Shown here: positions 43,519-50,071 of the stretch, piece after piece | How the letters are laid out: each line of letters starts with the position of its first letter | Numbering within the stretch: the first letter of the stretch is position 1 | Translations under genes and position numbers: made by a program | Source: Burkholderiales bacterium | GTDB lineage: Bacteria; Pseudomonadota; Gammaproteobacteria; Burkholderiales; SG8-39 | Direction of reading: 5' to 3' | Assembly: GCA_035689325.1 (NCBI GenBank) | Contig: DASSLQ010000107.1 | Coordinates: 1 to 56,790 of the forward strand | DNA: 56,790 nucleotides | The notes under the pieces: model-generated | The model's input: the letters and a program-made list of their open reading frames with translations, nothing else | The model's database searches: none | What the model was told of the DNA's origin: nothing

Positions 43519-44351
43519 CAGCTCACATCCTTGTCGATGCCGACATAGAACCCGTTGGGCGCGTTGCCCGACTCGGGCTTCAGCACATGCGTGCGGTTCT
43601 CGCGCAGGAAGCGGCTGATCGGGCTTTGCTTGTCGGCGCGGTCGCCGAACACGCGCGCGCCGGTCGGGCAGACTTCGACGCAGGCCGGCTGCAATCCTTT
43701 GGTGATGCGGTGGTAGCACCACGTGCACTTGTCGGTGACGTGCTTGCGCTCATCGAAGAAGCGCGCGCCGTAAGGGCAGGCCTGCACGCAGTACTGGCAG
43801 CCGATGCAGTACTTGTGGTCGATGACGACCACGCCATCCTTGGTCTTGTACGTGGCGCCGGTGGGGCACACCTGCACGCAAGCCGGATTGGTGCACTGGT
43901 TGCAGAGCTTGGGTACGAAAAAGGCCTTTTCTACCTGCTCGTCCGGATAACGATTGGCGAATCGATATTCGCCTTCGGCTAAGGAAGCGGCGATGTTCAC
44001 CGGATCGTGCTGGCTGTCGATGCGCGGCCGGTCTTCGCCTTGCAGATAGACGTAGCGCTCGACCCAGGTGCGGAAATGATGTGCATCCAGCGGCACGCCG
44101 TTCTCGGTCTTGCACGCCTCGACACAGCGCAGGCAGCCGATGCACTTGGTCGCGTCGACGCCGAATGCCCAATGGTGCTGCGTCCAGTCGTAGCCCGGAA
44201 TGGGCGAGTCGCTGCTCGCCGCTTCGGCCTCGCGCAGCGCCGCGTTGCTCGCGAGCGCGGCGCCCGCGCCCGCGGCCGCGCCGCCCAGCAACCGTAGAAA
44301 GCGCCGCCGCGCGGCCCTTGCCTGATCGGTGCTGCGGGTCAGCCCGTTCAT
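43518..44351 (-). CDS. Tat-exported 4x[Fe-S] ferredoxin subunit (NrfC/PsrB/HybA-like)
   Basis: ATG at 44351. Twin-arginine motif ARRRFLRLLGG. Cys clusters CIGCLRCVEAC, CNQCTNPACVQVCP, CIGCQYCVQACP, CTWCYHR...CVEVCP. Confidence 0.85.
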   Translation of the reverse strand: MNGLTRSTDQARAARRRFLRLLGGAAAGAGAALASNAALREAEAASSDSPIPGYDWTQHHWAFGVDATKCIGCLRCVEACKTENGVPLDAHHFRTWVERYVYLQGEDRPRIDSQHDPVNIAASLAEGEYRFANRYPDEQVEKAFFVPKLCNQCTNPACVQVCPTGATYKTKDGVVVIDHKYCIGCQYCVQACPYGARFFDERKHVTDKCTWCYHRITKGLQPACVEVCPTGARVFGDRADKQSPISRFLRENRTHVLKPESGNAPNGFYVGIDKDVS

Positions 44352-44361
44352 GTGCGTGGTC

Positions 44362-45375
44362 TCAATTGGCGCTCGCGTAATGCTCCGCCAAGGCATCCAT
44401 CTCGGCGTCGCTCAGTCCGCCGGCCACGCCGGCCATCAACTCATTCTTGCGAGCACCTGTCTTGTAGGCCTTCAGCGCGCTCACGAGGTATTGCTTCGAC
44501 TGTCCGGCGAGATTGGGCCACGCTGGGTTGGCGCTGATGCCCGCGGCGCCGTGGCACGGCACGCACGCGGCGACGTTCGCCTGGCTTGCGGCGCGTTTGG
44601 CTTCGCTGCGCGGCCGCGCCAAGCGAGCGTAGTAACCGGCGATCTTGCTGATGTCGCCATCGCCCAGCGCTTTGGCGGTTGCGGACATCATGGCGTTGTC
44701 GCGAGCGCCCGTCTTATAGGCCTTGAGCGCGTCGCTGAGGTAAGTGCTTTGCTGCCCGGCGAGATTCGGCCATGCTGGATTGGCGCTTATCCCGTTGGCG
44801 CCGTGACAACCCGAGCAGCTTGCGACCTTGCCCGCCGTCGCGTCAGTGGATCGGCCCGCGGGCGCCGCGGCGGTGCGTATCATTTTCGGCGAATGGGGGT
44901 TGTGGCAGCTCGTGCATTGCTGCGTGCCGGCATGCGTGGCAAGCACGATCTGTGGCTGCGCGGCCGGCCGGCCCGCCGTCTTTTCGTGGCACAGGGAACA
45001 GAGCTTGCGCGAATCGGCGGGAACGGCAAGCTTGCCGCTCGCCGGATGGTCGACACCGGTGCTCACGTGCTGAAAGAGCCCGCCTGCATCGCGTCCGCCC
45101 GCCGCCCCGTGGCAGACCTCGCACTGCACGGCCTTGCCCCGCTCGGTAGCGTGATGCACGCCTTTCGACCACTCCGCAAAGCGCTCGGCATGGCAATCGC
45201 GGCAATACTCCGAGCCCGTGAACTTCGGCTTGTCGGCGGCGATCTCCGCCACCGACGCGCCTCGATAGTGCCCGTAGAGGTAGAACGAATCGGCGGTAAA
45301 GAAGCGCTTCGCCGCATACGCCGCTACTCCGGCGGCAACCATGAGTGCAACGAGCCGAGTGATGTGTCTTGGCAC
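44362..45375 (-). CDS. Membrane-anchored hexahaem cytochrome c (tetrahaem domain + two c4-type domains)
   Basis: 337 aa with N-terminal TM helix. CRDCH, CEVCH, CSLCH, CTSCH, then a duplicated GISANPAWPNLAGQ..YL..ALKAYKTGAR domain with CSGCH and CVPCH. Confidence 0.8.
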   Translation of the reverse strand: MPRHITRLVALMVAAGVAAYAAKRFFTADSFYLYGHYRGASVAEIAADKPKFTGSEYCRDCHAERFAEWSKGVHHATERGKAVQCEVCHGAAGGRDAGGLFQHVSTGVDHPASGKLAVPADSRKLCSLCHEKTAGRPAAQPQIVLATHAGTQQCTSCHNPHSPKMIRTAAAPAGRSTDATAGKVASCSGCHGANGISANPAWPNLAGQQSTYLSDALKAYKTGARDNAMMSATAKALGDGDISKIAGYYARLARPRSEAKRAASQANVAACVPCHGAAGISANPAWPNLAGQSKQYLVSALKAYKTGARKNELMAGVAGGLSDAEMDALAEHYASAN

Positions 45376-45428
45376 GGGCCGCGACTGTCCCTCCGATTCG
45401 CACCTTGCACCACGCGACGCTGGACGTG

Positions 45429-45442
45429 TTGATGCACATCAA
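45429..45442. promoter_or_regulatory. Consensus FNR-type box TTGATGCACATCAA upstream of the hexahaem-NrfCD operon
   Basis: Perfect TTGAT-N4-ATCAA. Centre about 60 bp upstream of the ATG at 45375. Confidence 0.7.
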
Positions 45443-45580
45443 CCGGCTAACGGAGGGCCTGCCGAGCAAAGGACGAAATCGTCCGCGTCGCAGCCGAGCA
45501 CGTACTGGCCGCCCCGCGCGCGGCAGCTTCTTCAGCGTTGTCTTAGCGGCGCATTGGGCACCGGGAAAGGCATACGGCAG

Positions 45581-45594
45581 TTGACTCAGATCAA
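45581..45594. promoter_or_regulatory. Crp/Fnr-type box TTGACTCAGATCAA
   Basis: Exact palindrome. Centre is exactly 40 bp from the next box (45621). Confidence 0.6.
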
Positions 45595-45620
45595 ACGGCC
45601 TGTGATGCTCGCTATTAGAT

Positions 45621-45634
45621 TTGACGCGCGTCAA
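45621..45634. promoter_or_regulatory. Crp/Fnr-type box TTGACGCGCGTCAA upstream of regulator 1
   Basis: Exact palindrome. Centre about 41 bp upstream of the ATG at 45669. Confidence 0.6.
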
Positions 45635-45668
45635 CAACGGCCGCCATGCGGGGGCGATACTGCAAGAT

Positions 45669-46400
45669 ATGAGTAATGGCGTAAACAACGGCGTGCAGCG
45701 CGACCGTCCGCTCATCGAGGGCGTAGTGGCGAACCTGCCGCTCTTCTGGAGCGTTTCGCCGGCACAGCGCCAGGTCCTTGCCGCCGGCTGCTGGAGCCTG
45801 AGCGCAGCGCGCGGCGCTTCGCTGCTGCAGGCGGGCAGCCGTCCGCCGGGTCTGTTCGCCGTCGCGTATGGCGCGGTGAAGCTCGCGCTTCGCAACGGCG
45901 GCGCCGCCGAGCGCCTGCTGCGCGTGGTTGCTGCGCGGCAGACATTCGCCGAGGCGAGCGCGCTGCTCGGCCGCCCGGCGCCCTATGACGCCGTGGCGAT
46001 CACCGACGCGAAGCTGGTCGTCATCCCGAGCGCGGCGCTGCTCGGGCTGCTCGAGCGCGAAACCGGGTTCGCCAAGTCGCTCATTAACACCCTCGCCGAA
46101 GGTCACCTGCAGCTTTGCGCCGAGATCGGAGCGGCGACGCTGCAGCGCGGCGCGGCGCGCCTCGCGGGCTATCTCGACGCCCTGGTGGGCAATGGTGCAG
46201 GCGACGCAGAGTGCACCGTGGAGCTGCCGTTGAGCAAGACGCTGGTCGCGGCGCGGCTCGGCATGAAGAAGGAGACGCTCTCGCGGCTACTGCGTCAGTT
46301 GGGCGAGGCCGGCGTCATAGCGGTTTCCCGCCGCAGCGTCCTCATCCGCGACCGCGGGCGCCTGCAAGCCGCGGCGAGCGGACACCGCAGCGCCGATTGA
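45669..46400 (+). CDS. Crp/Fnr-family transcription regulator (no FNR-type N-terminal Cys cluster)
   Basis: ATG at 45669. cNMP-like beta-roll followed by an HTH with the E--SR recognition motif (KKETLSRLLRQL). Confidence 0.8.
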   Translation: MSNGVNNGVQRDRPLIEGVVANLPLFWSVSPAQRQVLAAGCWSLSAARGASLLQAGSRPPGLFAVAYGAVKLALRNGGAAERLLRVVAARQTFAEASALLGRPAPYDAVAITDAKLVVIPSAALLGLLERETGFAKSLINTLAEGHLQLCAEIGAATLQRGAARLAGYLDALVGNGAGDAECTVELPLSKTLVAARLGMKKETLSRLLRQLGEAGVIAVSRRSVLIRDRGRLQAAASGHRSAD

Positions 46401-46410
46401 CCCATATCAA
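46397..46410. promoter_or_regulatory. Crp/Fnr-type box TTGACCCATATCAA upstream of regulator 2
   Basis: Exact palindrome. Overlaps the stop codon of regulator 1; centre about 36 bp before the ATG at 46440. Confidence 0.55.
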
Positions 46411-46439
46411 ATGCTGCTCCTTGCGCCCGGCTAGCCTCG

Positions 46440-47120
46440 ATGCCAATGCGGGCGATTGCAGGCCTTTGGGGCATGTCGCAGGCACAGGCGGCTGCGCTGG
46501 CGGAGCATTGCCGGCCGCTGAGCGCGCCGCGCGGCGAGGTGATCGCGCAGCGCGGCACACTGCTTCCCGGCGTGCTCGTGCTGTGCGCTGGGTCGGTGAA
46601 GCTTTGCCTGCGCAGCGCGGAGGGCGACGAGCGCGTGCTGCGCATTGTCGCCGCCGGCGAGAGCTTCGGCGAGCCGACGGCGCTCCTGCGCAAGCCCTGT
46701 CTCTACGACGCCATCGCCCTCACCGACGCGAAGCTCTTGAGCATCGCCACCGCTGGCATCTTTGCGCTGCTCTCGCGCGACCGGCGCTTCGCGCGCTCAG
46801 TGGTGGTGGCGCTCGCCGAGCGCTCCTACACCGTGCTCACAGAGCTCGAGGCCGCGACTACGCAGCGCGGCGCGCAGCGGCTCGCCGGCTACCTCGAGTC
46901 CCTGCCGCGCCGTCAGGGCGCGCGCGGCGCGGCGAAAGTGCTGCTGCCGGTGAGCAAGACCGTCGTCGCAGCGCTCCTCGGCATGAAGAAGGAGACGCTC
47001 TCGCGCCTGCTGCGGCAGCTCACCGCTGACGGCGTGATCGGCATGACGCGCCGCGAGATCGACATCCTCGACCCCGCCCGGCTGAGCGCCGCCGCGGCGC
47101 ACGAACGCGCTAGGGCTTGA
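46440..47120 (+). CDS. Crp/Fnr-family transcription regulator, paralogue of the preceding gene
   Basis: 226 aa. Same architecture and an identical KKETLSRLLRQL recognition helix segment. Confidence 0.8.
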   Translation: MPMRAIAGLWGMSQAQAAALAEHCRPLSAPRGEVIAQRGTLLPGVLVLCAGSVKLCLRSAEGDERVLRIVAAGESFGEPTALLRKPCLYDAIALTDAKLLSIATAGIFALLSRDRRFARSVVVALAERSYTVLTELEAATTQRGAQRLAGYLESLPRRQGARGAAKVLLPVSKTVVAALLGMKKETLSRLLRQLTADGVIGMTRREIDILDPARLSAAAAHERARA

Positions 47121-47265
47121 GCGGCTTGTCGTCGTCGGCGACGATGTCGTGCGCCGGCCGCTCGAGGTCGTCGAACTGCCCGGACTCGAGCGCGCGCCAG
47201 AAGAGCCAGCCGCTCAGGAATACGAGTACGACGGAAAGCGGGACGAGGAGGTAGAGGCTTTCCAT
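47110..47265 (-). CDS. ccoS: cbb3 oxidase maturation protein CcoS/FixS
   Basis: 51-aa ORF, below the track cutoff: MESLYLLVPLSVVLVFLSGWLFWRALESGQFDDLERPAHDIVADDDKPLKP. This is the classic CcoS pattern, and it lies downstream of ccoI. Confidence 0.75.
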   Translation of the reverse strand: MESLYLLVPLSVVLVFLSGWLFWRALESGQFDDLERPAHDIVADDDKPLKP

Positions 47266-49544
47266 GGCGATTGCACGCCGAGCGTGCGCGAAGCGTTCAG
47301 CATAACGATGATCGAGCTCGCCGCCATGCCGAGCGCGGCTTCCCAGGGGCCGATGAAGGCGGCGGCGGCGAGCGCGAGCGCCGCGCCGTTATAGGCGAGC
47401 GCCCATCCGAAGTTCCCGCGCACGAGCTGCATCGCGCGGCGCGAGCCCACCAGCGCATCGATGATGGCGCCGAGCCGGTTGCCGGGCAGCACGACATCGG
47501 CCGCAAGCTGCGCGGCATCGGCGCCGGCGCCCATCGCGAACGACACGTCCGCGCGGGCGAGCACCGGCGTGTCGTTGAGCCCGTCGCCGACCATGGCGAC
47601 CACGCGCCCCGCGCGCTGCAGGCGCGCGACGTAGTCGCACTTGTCCTGCGGCGCCATGTCACCCGCATAGCGCTCGATCCAGAGCAGGCGCGCAATCGCC
47701 GCCCCGGCCTCGAGCCGGTCGCCGGTCGCGAGATGCACGCCGAGCCGCCGCGCGCGCAGCGCGGCGATGAACGCCGCGGCTTCCGGCCGCAGCGCATCGC
47801 GCAGCTCGAACGCCGCGATCCACTCCTGCTCGGCGGCGAGGAACACGCGGCAGTCATCCAGGCTTTGATGGCAGGGCGCCGGCGGACCGGCCAGCTCGCG
47901 GCAGAAGCGCTCGGTGCCGATGCGCACGCGCCGCTCGCCCACCGTGGCTTCGATTCCTTCGCCGGCGACGTGGCGCTGCGATTGCACCGCGAGCGTCGGC
48001 CCATCGCCGTAGGCGCGCGACAACGGATGCCGGCTCGCCGCTTCGAGCGAGCGCGCGAGCGTGATCGCCGCCCGCTCGCTTTGCGTGCCGAGGAGCACCG
48101 TGCGAGCGAGCGTCATGCGCCCGCTCGTCAGCGTGCCGGTCTTGTCGAGCACCACGTCGGTGACGCGCGCGAGCGTCTCGTACGCAGCGCTGCGCGTGAC
48201 CAGCGCGCCGCGCGCAAGCAGCCACGCGTTCGCGCGCGTGAGCACGATCGGCGCGGCGAGGCCGAGCGCGCAGGGACACGTCGCAATCAATACCGCTACC
48301 GCGACCCACACGTCGCCCCAGTAGAGCGCCGCGCCCAGCGCCGTGGCGAGCACCAGCACGGTGAGCTGGCGCGCGATGCGATCGGCTGCCGCGACCAGCG
48401 GGGGTCTTTGCGATGCGGCGCGCTCGGCAAGCCGCGCGATCGCCGCTGCCTGGGTGTCGGCGCCCGCGCGTGTCACGCGCATCGTGAGCGGCTGCTCGTA
48501 GTTCACCGACCCGGCGAGCAGCGCGTCGCCGGGATGCTTCGGCACCGCTCGTGCTTCGCCGGTAAGGAGCGATTCGTCCGCACTGGAGATGCCCTGCTCC
48601 ACGATGCCATCTGCGGGCACGCGCTCGCCGGGGGCGATGGTGACGCGCTCGCCGGGCGCGAGCGCCGCGGACGGCGCCCAGGCAAGGAGCCGATCGAGCT
48701 GCGCGGTGGCGCGCCGCGTCGCCACGAGCTGGGCATAGCGCGCGGCGAGCAGGAGGAAAGCGAGCATGCTGATGGAATCGAAGTACACCTCTGCCGTGCC
48801 GGTGAAGGTGGCCCAGCTGCTCGCCACGAATGCGCCGGCGAGGCCGAGCGCGATCGGCGTGTCGAGACCGATGCGGCGGCTACGCAGGTCGCCCAGCGCG
48901 CCGGCGAAGAACGGCTGGCAGGAGAAAAGCACGACCGGCAGGGTGATGAGCAGGCTCGCCCAGCGCATGAGCTGCGCTGCTTCGCCGCTCAGCTCGCCTC
49001 GGCTGATGTAGGCCGGGAAGGCGTACATCATGACTTGCATTGCGCCGAAGCCGGCGACGAACAGCCGCCACAGCGCGACGCGCCGCTCGCGCCGGTAGAG
49101 CGCTTCCTGGCGTTGCGGGTCGTACGGCGTGGCGTCGTAGCCGACCGCCCGGATCGACGCGATCAGCTCGGCGAGCCTGGTTTGCGCCGGATCCCAGGCG
49201 AGCTGCGCGCGCCGTGTCGTGTAGTTCACGTCGGCGCGGATGATGCCGGGCGCCCGGCGCAGCACCTGCTCGATCAGCCACAGGCAGGCGGCGCAGCGCA
49301 CCCCCTCCAGGATGAGCGCAGCCTCGCCGCCGTCACCGGCAACGGCTACCGGAGCATGCTCGCGCGGCGTCGGCGCCGGCTGCGTGCGGGTCTCGTAGTA
49401 CGCGCCGAAGCCACCCTCGACGATGGTGCGCGCGACCGCCTCGCAGCCCGCGCAGCAGACCTCGCGCTCGACGCCAAGCAGAAGAAAAGCGCGCCTGCCG
49501 GCGGGAGGAACCGGCAGGCCGCAGTGGAAGCAGGGAGCGCTCAG
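47214..49544 (-). CDS. ccoI: Copper-translocating P1B-type ATPase CcoI/FixI
   Basis: The track ORF begins at the GTG inside the LEGVRCAAC metal-binding motif. The same frame stays open upstream and encodes CFHCGLPVP...VCCAGCEAVARTIVEGGFGAYYETR, typical of FixI N-termini. No ATG/GTG/TTG is available there, so the start is tentatively placed at the CTG at 49544. Confidence 0.7.
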   Translation of the reverse strand: MSAPCFHCGLPVPPAGRRAFLLLGVEREVCCAGCEAVARTIVEGGFGAYYETRTQPAPTPREHAPVAVAGDGGEAALILEGVRCAACLWLIEQVLRRAPGIIRADVNYTTRRAQLAWDPAQTRLAELIASIRAVGYDATPYDPQRQEALYRRERRVALWRLFVAGFGAMQVMMYAFPAYISRGELSGEAAQLMRWASLLITLPVVLFSCQPFFAGALGDLRSRRIGLDTPIALGLAGAFVASSWATFTGTAEVYFDSISMLAFLLLAARYAQLVATRRATAQLDRLLAWAPSAALAPGERVTIAPGERVPADGIVEQGISSADESLLTGEARAVPKHPGDALLAGSVNYEQPLTMRVTRAGADTQAAAIARLAERAASQRPPLVAAADRIARQLTVLVLATALGAALYWGDVWVAVAVLIATCPCALGLAAPIVLTRANAWLLARGALVTRSAAYETLARVTDVVLDKTGTLTSGRMTLARTVLLGTQSERAAITLARSLEAASRHPLSRAYGDGPTLAVQSQRHVAGEGIEATVGERRVRIGTERFCRELAGPPAPCHQSLDDCRVFLAAEQEWIAAFELRDALRPEAAAFIAALRARRLGVHLATGDRLEAGAAIARLLWIERYAGDMAPQDKCDYVARLQRAGRVVAMVGDGLNDTPVLARADVSFAMGAGADAAQLAADVVLPGNRLGAIIDALVGSRRAMQLVRGNFGWALAYNGAALALAAAAFIGPWEAALGMAASSIIVMLNASRTLGVQSPWKASTSSSRFPSYSYS

Positions 49545-49963
49545 GAGACCGTGATGCGCCGCGAGGCGCTGCCTGCTTTCTTCGGCAGGACGAGCTTGAG
49601 AACGCCGTCCCGGTATTCGGCGATGACCGCCTTGTCGTCGACCTCGACGGGCAGCGTGAAGCTGCGCGCGACCATGCCATAGCTGCGTTCGCTATAGAGG
49701 GTCGTCTCGTCCGCCTTCTCGTCCTTCGCCGCCTTCACCTCCGCGCGCAGCGAGACGGTATCACCGTCGATCTCGACGCTGATGTCGTCCTTCTTGACGC
49801 CGGGAATCTCTGCGAAGACGGTGAAATCCCTGTCCGTTTCCTTCACGTCGATCTTCATCGCGAGCTCAGTCTCGCCGGGATAGGCGAGCGGCGGCAGGAA
49901 CAGGACTTTGCCGAAATCCTTGAAGAAATCATCGAACGGTGCACGACGAGCGATGGTGTACAT
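49541..49963 (-). CDS. Hsp20/alpha-crystallin small heat-shock protein
   Basis: 140 aa. Motifs MKIDVKETDRDFTVFAEIPGVKKDDISVEIDGDTVSL and AEYRDGVLKLVLPK. Confidence 0.85.
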   Translation of the reverse strand: MYTIARRAPFDDFFKDFGKVLFLPPLAYPGETELAMKIDVKETDRDFTVFAEIPGVKKDDISVEIDGDTVSLRAEVKAAKDEKADETTLYSERSYGMVARSFTLPVEVDDKAVIAEYRDGVLKLVLPKKAGSASRRITVS

Positions 49964-50025
49964 AAAGCCTCCAAACGACTGTTTCCGTGGGCCACCCTAT
50001 CGTAGGCCTTGCGCCCGCGGCGGTA

Positions 50026-50039
50026 TTGATCTCCGTCAA
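50026..50039. promoter_or_regulatory. Crp/Fnr-type box TTGATCTCCGTCAA in the hsp20 / pat-like divergent region
   Basis: Exact palindrome, about 69 bp from the hsp20 ATG and about 40 bp from the ATG at 50072. Confidence 0.55.
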
Positions 50040-50071
50040 AGCCGTTCGCGGTACATTTGCCAGCCTCGCGC

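Noticed and set aside
24407-45375. Whether the respiratory island is a mobile genomic island.
   Set aside because: No integrase, transposase, tRNA gene or flanking direct repeats were seen in the window. The porin genes look slightly less GC-rich, which is common for outer-membrane proteins. Horizontal origin cannot be supported from this sequence alone.
28410-45375. Searched for an MtrC/OmcA-type extracellular decahaem lipoprotein or a CymA/NapC-type tetrahaem quinol dehydrogenase.
   Set aside because: None of the ten CXXCH proteins has the expected size, lipobox and ten-haem layout of MtrC. None has the small TM-anchored tetrahaem NapC layout either, since the hexahaem protein at 44362 is larger and is paired with NrfCD. 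Neither call was made.
45669-47120. Calling the two regulators Fnr/Anr proper.
   Set aside because: Both lack the N-terminal Cys cluster needed for the oxygen-labile [4Fe-4S] centre. Only family-level (Crp/Fnr) assignment is justified.
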